Assembly: GCF_006345805.1 (NCBI RefSeq)
Contig: NC_043002.1
Location: 20,956,001 to 21,020,000, forward strand
Source: Octopus sinensis
Lineage: Eukaryota
Reading direction: 5' to 3'
DNA length: 64,000 nucleotides
Shown: positions 50,731 to 62,550 of the stretch, piece by piece
Layout: each line of letters starts with the position of its first letter
Numbering within the stretch: the stretch's first letter is position 1
Made by a program: the position numbers and the translations under genes
Notes under the pieces: model-generated
What the model was told of the DNA's origin: nothing
What the model saw: only the letters and a program-made list of their open reading frames with translations
The model's database searches: none

Positions 50731-51243
50731 AAAATATTCAACGACTATTTGAGCAGGATGGGCTACTCGACCTGAAGAAAATTTTAACTGGCCCCCACCT
50801 GCAAGGTCATGGACTGTTTATCTTGATATGAGATCACCATGTTGCGCACACAAGGTTGTGATGCATGTGTCTAGTGTACCCTTATCAGATGGATAGTCAT
50901 GATGGGTATACTAAACTTTGTATATTTTACTCCAGTGTCACTTTGACCTGAAGAAAATTCTAACTTGGCCTCACTTGCAAGGTCATGCACTGTTCATGTT
51001 GATATGGGATAACCATGTCGTGCACACAAGGTTGTGATGAATGCGTCTAGTGTACTCTTATCAGATGGGTAGTCATGATGGATATACTGGGCTAGATGTT
51101 TTTGGAGTTTTGTTGTTTTTGTTCTGAACAAACTGTTTGTTTCTGTTGCACACACACACACACACACACACACAACACACACAAAACACACACACACTCA
51201 CATGCATGCATAAACATATGCACACATATAACACACACATGCG

Positions 51244-51284
<41 letters not shown>

Positions 51285-52095
51285 TGAGGACAGCTGTGTA
51301 AAGTGGTGCCAATCTCTAGCTGTGGAGGGAACCTGTGGTAGAGGTAGACCCAGAAAGACATGGGAGAAAGTAGTGAAGCATGATCTTTGAACTTTGGGCC
51401 TCATGGAGGCAATGACTAGTGACCAAAACCTTTGGCAATATGCTGTAATTGAGAAAATCCGCCAAGCCAAGTGAAATCGTAGCTGGGACTGATGCTAGTA
51501 TCACATAAGTGTCACTTTTGCTGGTGGCACATAAAAAGCACTTTTCAAGTATTGGTCCTCGTGGAGGCAAGGTAGCCAATGCTGGTGACACGTGAAAAAC
51601 ACTTTTTGAGCGTTAGGCCTCTTGGAGCCAATGAAAAATATGTAAGACCTTTGGTATTATGCCAGGCTTGAGAAGAAAACCCATCAAGCCAAGTTAAAAT
51701 CATAGTCGTGACAGATACTGGTGTCATGCAAATGGCACCCATGTCAGTGGCATGTAAAAGCACACATTACAATCTAAGAGTGGTTGGCATTAAGAAGGGC
51801 ATCCAACTGTAGAAACCATGTCAAGATCAGGCTGGAGTATGGTGCAGCCTTCCAGCTTGCCAGCCCTGGTCAAACCATCCAACCCATGTCAGCATGGAAA
51901 ATGGACATTAAACGACGATGATGATGATGATGTTGAGTATATATATACACAAGGACCTCGAACCCACAAGAGTAAACAAGAAAGACAGAGACAGGCAGAA
52001 ACAAGGAAAATGCCACTTGTATTTGAACACTATGCAAATATTCTTTTAAAAAAACTTTTCTTTTAATTTTTCTAAATTTAATTACTTAATTGTTA

Positions 52096-52131
52096 CAGTT
52101 GAAAAAGTCTCAATGACTGAAACCGGTACTG
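52096..52131 (+). ncRNA. Hammerhead-like variant with a mutated core
   Basis: CAG-TTGAAAA-AGTC-tcaat-GACT-GAAA-CCG-GTA-CTG: stems I and II are intact with an ACCGGT palindrome, but the core has two changes from CTGANGA. Confidence 0.5.
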
Positions 52132-55100
52132 AAATGTTTTTTATAAAATAATTTTAGCATTTTCTATCTTGACTTTTTTTCGATATATATATATATATAT
52201 ATATATACATTCCAAAAGCTATTATTATTATTTAGGATTTAATTTGATGGTGGTTGTTGTTAGTGGGCCATTTAGCGTAATGATTGAGTTCTCAGCCGGT
52301 ATTTGAGGAATCCCATGGTTATCTGCTGACAACTTTTTCTGTCTTACAAGGGTAAAATACCCAATCTTCCTGTTGTTTTCATGGCTGTATTACATTCAAG
52401 CATACATACACATACACATATATGCACACATACATACAAACACACATGCACATATTCACATACATACTAACACACAGACATCCACACAAGCACACATTCA
52501 TATATACATCAGTGTGTGTATGTGTGTGTGTGTGTGGTGAATGAAACCCTAGATATATAGTTTGAGATATATACAAGATAGAAGGCATGACAAATAGGCT
52601 GACAAACAGAGACTAGTTGAGAGATAGCTTGCTTGCTAAATAGACTGACAGTCAGACAGATGAAAATGTTTTTTTATTTTCCCTCAGGCACAAGGCCTGA
52701 AATTTGGGGGAGGGGGCCAGTTGATTAGATCAACCCCAGTATGCAACTGGTTCTTAATTTATCAACCCCAAAAGGATGAAAGGCAAAGTCAACCTCAGCA
52801 GAATTTGAACTCAGAACATAAAGACAGTAGAAATATCACTAAGCATTTTGCCTGGCATGCTAACATTTCTTATTTCTTTATTGCCCACAAGGGGCTAAAT
52901 GTAGAGGGGACAAACAAGGACTGACAAAAGGATTAAGTTGATTACATCGACCCCAGTGCGTAACTGGTACTTAATTTGTCGACCCCGAAAGATGAAAAGC
53001 AAAGTTGACCTCAGTGGAATTTGAACTCAGAACGTAACGGCAGACGAAATACCGCTAAGCATTTCACCCGGTGTGCTAACCACTCTGCCAGCTTGCTGCC
53101 TAAACTTAGTGAATGGAGTTTATCATCAGCAATATTTTGTAAATGCTGTTTAATTTCATCATAATGATTAGCCAAAATACACACAAACAAACCACCACCA
53201 CCACCACAACCACTACCACCACCACCACCACCACCACCACCACCACCATCACAAACCCCTCCACCTATGTAATCATCGTTATCCTCATCATGACTACCAT
53301 CACTGGTGAGGACCACCAGCACCTGCACTACTGATACTGCCAGCATCACTACCACCACCACCACCACCACCACCACCACTAAGAACATCATTCCCACTAG
53401 CACCACCATCGTCACGTCCACTAGTATTACAATAATTTTCCTCCGTCCGGTGGCCTCACTTCACAATAACAACAACAGCTACTACTATTACCACCACCAC
53501 CACCACCACCACCGTTACAACATCTGCTCCCTCTGCCACTCCTTCTGCTTCTCCACTTCTACCACCACATCAGCCACCATCCCCATCATCACCATGACAA
53601 ATATCAGTAGTATTATTAGTCAATTGTTCAATTGGTATCCGGTGCAGGAACATGATACTTTTGGTTGATAAAACGACAGGAAGGAATCTCATCCGCAAAT
53701 GTTCTATCAATGTAATTAGTTTTAAAGACCAAATTTCTACTGTAACAAATTTCGAGCAAGATAATGAATGACCTAAGCCTAGCTTGGCAAGCCTTCAAAA
53801 GTAATAGGTGTGTAACTATGTGGTTAAAATGTTTGCTTCGCAGCCATAAAGTTTTAAATTCAATCCCCTTGCGTGGTACCTTGAGAAGCTATCTCCAAAT
53901 AAAGCCTTTGAATCATCCAAGCTTTGTGAGTGAATTTGTGTTCATGAAAATAATATGGAAGCTGAAATCAAAATCGATAAAAAATCAATGGAAATTGTAG
54001 TTGTGATACCAGTGCCGGAGGTACGTAAAAGAACCATCCGAACATGGCCATTGCCAGCGCCGCCTCAACTGGCCTTTGTACCGGTGGCACGTAAAAAGCA
54101 CCAACCGATCGTGGCCGTTGCCAGAGTGGTTGGCATTAGGAAGGGCAGCAGTATTGTTGTCATCATTGCCATTATCATCATTATCATCATCATTGTCATT
54201 GCCATCACTATCGTTGTCGTCGTCGACATTATCATCATCATCACCATCATCATCATCTTCATCAAATTCATCGATGTCATCGTCATCGTCGTCATCATCA
54301 TCATCATCATCATCAAATTCATCATTGTCATCGTCCTCGTTGTCATCATCATTATCATCATCATTGCCATTGCTATCATCGTTGTCGCCGACATCATCAT
54401 CATCACCATCAAATTCATCATCGCCATCGTCATCATTGTCACCATCATCATCATCATCATCTTTTAATGCTCATCTTTCCCAAAAGATTTTCTCAAAAAA
54501 TACCCACCAGCTCTTATATGTGAAGTAGAGGGACCATATTACATGTTTTAATACTCTAAAAAAAATCTTTTTCCAAAATATGCACCACTGAAATTTGGCT
54601 GTGTCTAATATGCTTGTGCATGTTTCAACTTTGCAGAGGGTTAGCAACTGATCAAATGTGATGCATATATCATCACTGAAGAGGAAAATTAGATTCTGCA
54701 GCATAATTTTACATATGTTCTGTATCTGGTTGCATTAGAAAAGATCTTCAGATATTGCGACATCTCATATTTGACTCCAAGTGTTTTAATTGCATGTTGT
54801 TCTGAGTTAGAAAAGGTGCAGCACAAGGCTACTTCCTTGTTATGAATTGTTTTTCTGTGTCCTTATGCTGTTGTGACTAGAATGTTACAAAATATAGGTT
54901 TTTGTATGACATTCAACAAATATAAATTAAAAATAACACGTATCATGTTGAAGTCGTAGGAATTTTATAAACTTTTGAGAGAATAATGTGAAATAATTTT
55001 TTTTTGAATAATGGTTCTCTAAGCACATCACGTGCAGCTATAAAGAATAACATGCAAATATTGGGCAAAAAAACCCTTTGACTCTAGCACTGGTGCTGGT

Positions 55101-55376
55101 GCCACATAAAAAGCACCCGGTACACTCTGTAAAATGGTTGACATTAAGGTAGGGCTACCCAGCCATAGAAACCATGCCAAAACAGACAATGGAGTCTGGC
55201 GGGGATCTCCAGCAGGACTTAGCTCCTGTCAAACCAACCAATCTATGCCGGCATGGAAGATGGACATTAAATGATGATGATGATGATGATGATGACGATG
55301 ATGAAAAGGGATTTTCAACCCAATGCTTATTTACATGCTGTTCTTTATGGCTAAATGTGATGTACTTTGAGAACCA

Positions 55377-55770
55377 TCAACCTCCTCCTCCTCCTCCTCC
55401 TCCACCACCTCCTCCACCACCACCACAACCACCACCACCACCTCCTCCTCTCCTCTTCCCCTCCTCCTCCTCTCCCTCCCCTCATCTCCTCCCTCCCCGC
55501 CTTCCCTTCCCCTCCCCTCTTGCCTTCCCCTCTCCCCTCCCCTCTGCCTTCCCCTCTCCCCTCCCATCTCTGCCTTCCCCCCCTCCGCCTTCCCATTCTC
55601 CTCCTCTCTCTCTCTTCCCATTCCCCTCTTCCCTTCCCCCTTTTCATCGTCGACATCGTCGCTATCATCATTGTCATCGTCGCTGTCATCATTGTCGCCA
55701 TCATTGCCATGGCGATCATCATCGTCATCATCATCATCATCGTCATCATCGTCATCATCATCATCATCGT
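55377..55770. repeat. (CCT/CCA)n plus polypyrimidine tract followed by (CAT)n
   Basis: Direct reading; the source of the overlapping poly-Pro, poly-Asp and poly-His ORFs. Confidence 0.9.
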
Positions 55771-56407
55771 CGTCATCAGTTTTCCATGCTTGCATGTGTT
55801 AGACAGTTTGATTGTAACTGGTAAGCCAGAGAGCTGTACCACGCTCCAGTCTGTTTTTGGCTTGATTTCTACAGCTGGATGCCCATCCTAACACCAACCA
55901 CACCACAGGGTGTAAATGGGACCCTTGTACATGCTGCTAGCACAGGTGCTTTCATGTGTCACCAGCACAGTCACTTTTTTCTTTGTCACCAGCTCTGGCC
56001 ACAACTACAATTTCACTTTCACCCAGCTTTCTTTGATAACTATTAGACTACGATGCAATCTACCATAATATACACAGTAGTTCATTAAGTTCTTAAATTC
56101 ATTAGATAATCACAGTAATTATAATGTTAATATACAATGCTATAGATTAGTTTATCTCTTGTTCACTAAGTGATAGATAACTTCTAACGTCTAATGATGT
56201 TTACTGTCAAATAATGTCAACAAATTATATAGCTTCGGATTAAAGAGATAGCGAAGATCAATTTGGAAAATGTGCAAATTTTATTATGCATTAATTGCTT
56301 TGTTATCAAGTTTTTCTTGAAATTTAAGGATTGAGAAAAATGTACTGATATGAGAAACATATCCAGCGTGTACCAGCATATTTAATGGTCCTTTAAGCAG
56401 TGGAGGA

Positions 56408-56441
<34 letters not shown>

Positions 56442-56679
56442 GGTGGTGGTAGTGGTGGTGGTGGTGATTCAGAAGTCATATCACCCACTTTGAATTTATA
56501 TTAAGTCTAAGGTTGGTTATAATGACACTTGCAACAAATTATCATTCTGCTTAAGTAGCACGTAATTGAAGAGTCAATGTTGTGACAAAAAGAAAGAACA
56601 GGTAACGTTACTCAATGACAAGACTAGCAATCATATTCCATTGATAGTGTTCATACAGAATGAAATTTCACACATGAAC

Positions 56680-56729
<50 letters not shown>

Positions 56730-56730
56730 T

Positions 56731-57126
56731 ATTTTACTCTTTCACTTGTTTCAGTCATTTGACTGCGGCCATGCTGGAGCACCGCCTTTAGTCGAGCAAA
56801 TCGACCCCGGGACTTATTTTTTGTAAGCCCAGTACTTATTCTATCGTTCTCTTTTGCCGAACCGCTAAGTGACGGGGATGTAAACACACCAGCATCGGTT
56901 GTCAAGCAATGCTAGGGGGACAAACACAGACACACAAACACACACATACATATATATACATATACATATATACGACAGGCTTCTTTCAGTTTCCGTCTAC
57001 CAAATCCACTCACAAGGCATTGGTCGGCCCAGGGCTATAGCAGAAGACACTTACCCAAGATGCCACGCAGTGGGACTGAACCCGGAACCATGTGGTTGGT
57101 TAGCAAGCTACTTACCACACAGCCAC
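56731..57126 (-). mobile_element. tRNA-derived CORE-like SINE family C with internal (TA)/(CA) microsatellite
   Basis: Representative copy. Others at approximately 5375-5740(-), 9690-10080, 13955-14360(-), 15700-16400(-), 24950-25570, 30400-30760(-), 37890-38340(-), 40485-40880, 41885-42465(-), 44370-44755(-). The tRNA-like head is followed by GGCACCTTGGGCAAGTGTCTT (CORE-like); tail ...GAAACAAGTAAAAGAG. Confidence 0.85.
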
Positions 57127-57163
<37 letters not shown>

Positions 57164-57354
57164 ATATATATATACAATAGGCTTCTTTCAGTTTACTTCT
57201 ACCAAATCCACTCAAAAGGCTTTGGTCAGTCTGAGGCTATAGTAGAAGACACTTGCCCAAGGTGCTACACAGTGGGACTGAACCCAGAACCATGTGACTG
57301 GTAAGGAAGCCACCCACCACACAGCCACTCCTGCACCTATAAGTATATGTATAT

Positions 57355-58498
57355 ACTTAAGTAACTTTTTTATGCCTTGTTCAAAGGAACCTATTTTTTT
57401 TCCTGAAAAGAAAATGTTTGGAAGACTGTTTACAACTTCCTCTCTGCTTCTGAATGTTTTGCCTCTTATAAAATGTTCTTGTGATCAGAACAAATGGAAA
57501 TCCATAGGTGCAAGTCAGGTAAGTATGGAGGATGTGGAAGGACTTCTCATTCTAACAATCTTATTTTTTCTTGGGTTTGTTTTGAAGTATGTGGTCAAGC
57601 ATTTTCATGCTGGAGAATAACACCATTCCTGTTTACCAAAACTGGCCTCTTTTGACATAATTTTTCATTTACACAATCAAATTATTGGCAATAGACTTCT
57701 GCATTGATGGTCCTTCTGTGTTTCAGTAGCTCATCATGGACAATACCTTCCATGCTCTGCCAAACACTGACCAAGGATTTTTGTGGATGGAGTTCTGGTT
57801 TTGGTGTTGGCTCTGGCCTCTCATTCTGTGATAACTATTGTCTTTTTCATTTTCTGTTGTGATGCAAAACCCATTTTTCATCGCCTGTAACAATGCACTG
57901 TAGAAATGACAGGTTGTTATTCTTGGTTAGAAGTCAGCTACAGATGGTGGGACATTGAGTTTGGTCCTCAAACATAGCCTCATGTGGAGTCCAGATTCTC
58001 TCTTTGTATGTTTTCTCAATTTGCTTTAAATGTTTGTGGATAGCTGAACATAACACATTCAATTTTTGCACCAAATCTCTGGTGCTTTGATGTGGATCTG
58101 ATACAATAGTCTCATTCAAAAGGTCATCATTCAAAGTGGGTTGTCTTCCTATGTGAGATTTGTCAGACATGTCACAATTGCCATCTTTAAATCTTTTAAA
58201 CCACAGCTGACATGTATGAGCTTTCACTGCATCTGGATACACTTCACAAATGTTTTTCATTACTTCTGTAGCAGCACTTCTTCTACGTACAGTAAGCAAT
58301 GGCAAATATGTTGTTTCATAAAGTTCTTTTCCTCCATGGGGTTAATTACTAAAATAACTATGAATGATACAAGCCAGATAGAAGAGATGATATACTATTT
58401 CCAGACAGTTCCCACCCATTCGATCATGGTTCTGATGTGATTGGTTGATTCATATTTCATAGTGGTGGAAAACTGCAATTACATTCCAAACACCCTAA
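57355..58498 (-). mobile_element. mariner element, near full length and decayed
   Basis: TIR TA|TTAGGGTGTTTGGAATGTAATTGCAGTTTT. N-terminal HTH in ORF 57934-58305 (WFKRFKDG, WTPHE). Downstream frameshifted LQHENA*PH and HPPY.PDLAP.DFHLF. Confidence 0.9.
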
Positions 58499-58835
58499 TA
58501 TATATGATACAGCAAAACATTTATGATGGCAATGATTATCATCATCATCATCATCATCATCATCACCATCATTATTTAACAGCCATGTTCTATGCTGGCA
58601 TGGGTTGGACAGTTTGATAAAATCTAATTGGTTTAAAGATTACATCATGCTCCAACATTTGCCTTGGTATGGTTTCTAATGTTGGATGAAACCCTTCCTA
58701 ACACCAACTACTTTGCAGCATGTATTGAGTGCTTTCTGTGTAACACTGGCATTAGTGATGTCACCATGCAGCTTGCAAGACTATGAAACCCGAAATGGGA
58801 TGGAGACAGTTTTATGCTAGGAAATGAGGGTTTAA

Positions 58836-59056
58836 CCCTTTCGTTACTGTATTTACTTTGAGATGCTCTGTGTTGTTTTCAATTACTTTAAATATAACAA
58901 AGAATTTAGTAAAATAACTTAGTTATCATTAAGCTAGTGTTAGGAACATAAATTGTGACTAAGGTTTGGTGGAAGATTTTGATTCAAAACTTATGAAAAC
59001 AAGACATTTGTACTGCAGAGCCAAGGCCGGTTTTAGCCAGGTTGGTAACGAAAGGG
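58836..59056 (+). mobile_element. piggyBac-type MITE copy 1 (221 bp)
   Basis: TTAA|CCCTTTCGTTAC ... GTAACGAAAGGG|TTAA: 12-bp perfect TIRs with a TTAA target duplication. Confidence 0.88.
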
Positions 59057-59466
59057 TTAAAATACAAGAGAAATTGGTTCTTGTTGTAGGTGTGCTACAT
59101 GGCTACCCACATTCGTGAAGAGTGGGTAAGAATGTTCTGTAGGTGGGGAAAAGATATAGATATAAATAGTGTTGGTGAGGTGTCTGGCTGCCTGCTCGAG
59201 GTACAAGGTGAGTGGAAGTGAATATGGATGGAGTAACCAGGAGTGTGGGGGTTGCAAAGATTATATGAGGGAGAAAGAGATGGCGGGGGAACAGGAAAGG
59301 GAAGGAGAGGCAGGCAAGATCTGTAAAGTGTTAATAAGGTTGAAGAATGGATGTAGGGAGTGATGGATAAGAAGTGAGAAACAACCATTTATGTATGACG
59401 AAGGGAAGGCAGAGGGGTCTAAAAAAGAGCAATAGTGGATAAGCAGGATAGTAATAGTAACTTTAA

Positions 59467-59686
59467 CCCTTTCGTTACCAACCCGGCTGAAACTGGCTCT
59501 GGCTCTGAGTACAGATGTCTTGCTTTTGTAAGTTCTGAATTAAAATCTTCAACCAAACCTTAGTCACAATTTATGTTCCTAACACTAGCTTAATGATAAC
59601 TATGTTATTTCACTAAATTCTTTGTTATTTTTAAAGTAATTCAAAGAAACACAGAGCATCTCAAAATAAATACGGTAACGAAAGGG
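59467..59686 (-). mobile_element. piggyBac-type MITE copy 2 (220 bp), inverted relative to copy 1
   Basis: Same TIRs and TTAA flanks. The internal sequence is the diverged reverse complement of 58836-59056. Confidence 0.88.
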
Positions 59687-60829
59687 TTAACAATGCTATA
59701 GTTGACAGAGGGAGAACCAGTGAGAGGTGAAATGGTATGATTATATAAGTTTGGGTTGAATGATTTATCACGTGACTGATGTTATACATCACTGGTCACA
59801 ATGCACTTTGCATCATTTTAACTTACAAAAGAAATCTGTCTATTGGCTAGGCAAGCAGGCCAACATTCTCCTTGATCAGAAGATTAGTTCATTGCAGGGT
59901 GACCCCATTTACAGCTGAGTGGACTGGAGCAATGTGAAATGAAGTGTTTTGTTTAACAACACAATATGCCACTTGGTCCAGGAATCGAACCCTGACCTAG
60001 TGATTGCATATGCAACACTCTAACCAACAGGGCCATGTGCCTTCCCATTCATAGAATATAGTTGCTGTAATTAACTAGGGAATATATCTATAGATTTTTA
60101 GCCAATACTGTACATTACAACAAATGTTAGCATTACATCTATTTACACAACATGCTTGTTGACAGAAAAAAAGAATGAACAGCTGTTTATACTTTCCCTC
60201 TATTAGAATTGTTAGCTTGTCAGGCAAATTGCTTAGTGGTACTTTTTCAGCTCTACACATTCTGAATTCAAATATTACCAAGTTTGACTTTGTATTTCAT
60301 CCATTTGGGATTGATGAAATAAAATACCAGTCAAGTTCTGGTGTCAATATAACAGACTAAGTTCACCTCCTGAAATTACTGGCTTTCTGCTAAAATTTAA
60401 AACAATTATTTTTATTATTATTATTGAGTGAGAGAGCAGCACATGCCGTCAAAGTGACACTGGGGTACCAGCATATGAAGCTGAATATACCCATGAAAAG
60501 GGGACACCAGGCACATGCATCACAGCCATATGAGTATGGCATGGAGATATCATATCAAGATAAACAGCACATGACCTTGCAGGTGGGATCCAGTTAGAAT
60601 TTTCATCAGGTCGTGTAGCCCATCCCACTCAAAAGGTCCCTGAATAAGGGTTGTTTAGGATGTTGAACGAAACACCTATGTTTCCAGAGGTGAATTATTA
60701 AAACCTCAAACAATTCAGCACATGACTATCATGCTTCCCCCTACTCCTGCTCATGTTCAGAAATACACATATTATTAACCATTAGGGGACATGCTCAACT
60801 GGTTATGGTCAAACAATTATTATTATTAT

Positions 60830-61530
60830 TATTTCTCTTTATCACAGGTTTTGTTGGAGCTCTTGGAGTCTTACATGCATAGCAGGCTTGCTACCTGCAG
60901 CCTACGGTACTATGCTATCCCTTCTTTTCAGCTAACTAATACTTTCCTGATAATTCTGTCCATGCCAAGGAGGCAAACCTTTTGTAACTGTTCTACTGGA
61001 CACTCTATTCCAATTTCCTTTATATCCCACTTGATTCGTTCTGATACTGTTCCCAAGGATCCAACAATAATTGGCACTATCTTCATCTTCTTCATTTTCC
61101 ATAGTCAGGCTATTTTGTACTTAAGAGGGTTGTATTTATCTATCTTTTCACCTTCCTTCTTGACTATTTGTGGGTCAAAGGGGCATGCAACATCAACTAT
61201 ATAGAACATGTGGTGCATCTTGTCCACTACCATTAGGTCCAGTCTGTTATGCTCTAGCACCTGATTTGTTTGGATTGGGAAATTCCAGAGTATTTTGCTA
61301 GTCTCTGACTCTGCCACTCTCTGTGGTTTATGCTCATACCACATTTTGCCCCTCTCTAGCCCCCACTTTTCACACAGTTTCCAATGTAGCACTTTCACTA
61401 CCTGATCGTATTGCCACAACTTGTAGTACTTTTGGGCAAGTCTAAGGACATTCTTTCGTGATATGGGCAATGGTTTCATCCACTCTGTTACAGATGCAAC
61501 ACAGCAGAGACACTTGCTCATTCCCAAGGT
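60830..61530 (-). mobile_element. R4/Dong-like LINE 3' fragment (restriction-like endonuclease domain)
   Basis: ORF 61105-61527 has LHWKLC, WYEHKP, ILW.FPIQT...LEHNR.D, DVACPFD and KY.PLK. The 3' end runs into (AAT)n at ~60815. Confidence 0.88.
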
Positions 61531-61542
61531 TGACCCTCCATA

Positions 61543-61543
<1 letters not shown>

Positions 61544-61584
<41 letters not shown>

Positions 61585-61644
61585 TATTATTATTTTTTTT
61601 TATTATATTATTATTATTATTTTTTTATTATTATTATTATATTA

Positions 61645-61678
<34 letters not shown>

Positions 61679-61695
61679 TTATTATTATTTTATCA

Positions 61696-61742
<47 letters not shown>

Positions 61743-61774
61743 TTATTTTATTATTATTATTATTATTATTATTA

Positions 61775-61806
<32 letters not shown>
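61544..61806. repeat. Long interrupted (ATT)n array
   Basis: Direct reading; separates two R4/Dong-like 3' ends. Confidence 0.97.
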
Positions 61807-61807
<1 letters not shown>

Positions 61808-61814
61808 CGATTTG

Positions 61815-62185
61815 ACTCAGGTTCATTCCTATTCCTACTAGAATTTATATGGGTAGAGGGTTACTACCTGTAAATTTAGGTATCCACAAGTTTTCAATAG
61901 TATTTCAAGTGCTTAAAACCCTTCTGATAATCATTGCAGTCCCAAAGAGGCAAACTTTCTATAGAAGCTCTACAGAACATTCTATTCCAATTCTACCAAC
62001 CATTTGTCTATATCGTTGATCACAGTTCCCAATGCACCAATTATTACAGGCATAACCTTTACAGTTTTTATTTTCCAGATTCTTGCAATTTCAAATTTTA
62101 AGAGATTGTACTTTTTTAATTGTTCATTCTCTTTCTTTACAATCCTGGAATCAAATGAACATAATGGATTCGCTAGTTAGCAATT
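61815..62185 (-). mobile_element. Second, more decayed R4/Dong-like LINE 3' end
   Basis: Hand translation gives KKYNLLKFEIARIWK...PVIIGALGTV and, after a frameshift, KVCLFGTAMIIRRVL. It abuts the (ATT)n array at 61544-61810. Confidence 0.78.
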
Positions 62186-62194
62186 TTGTTTGTC

Positions 62195-62510
62195 ACCTTA
62201 CTGGCACTTGTGCTGGTGGCACGTGAAAAAACATTCGAGAGAGGTCATTGCCAGTGCCGCTGGACTGGCTCCTGAGCAGGTGGCACGTAAAAAGCACCAT
62301 TTGAGCGTGGCCGTTGTCAGTATCGCCTGACTGGCCCTCGTGCCAGTGGCATGTAAAAGCACCCACTGCACTCTCAGAGTGGTTGGCATTAGGAAGGGCA
62401 TCCAGCTGTAGAAACTCTGCCAGATCAGATTGGAGTCTGGTGCAGCCATCTGGTTTGCCAGACCTCTGTCAAATTATCCAACCCATGCTAGCATGGAAAG
62501 CAGACGTTAA

Positions 62511-62548
<38 letters not shown>

Positions 62549-62550
62549 AT
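62195..62550 (+). mobile_element. (GAT)n-tailed SINE/LINE-tail family E (RTE-like 3' end)
   Basis: Ends AACCCATGCTAGCATGGAAAGCAGACGTTAAA(TGA)n. Others at approximately 49670-50040(-), 51285-51935, 55085-55305, 55700-56000(-), 58545-58790(-). Confidence 0.75.

Noticed and set aside
54471-54900. Non-repetitive-looking stretch and 77-aa ORF as an exon of another gene
   Set aside because: No recognisable domain and no convincing paired splice sites on either strand.
8473-56826. Dozens of ORFs rich in YIYI, HTHT, MYVC, VCVC, poly-N/H/D/P
   Set aside because: They are translations of (TA)n, (CA)n, (ATAC)n, (CAT)n and (CCT)n microsatellites, with no splice or homology support.
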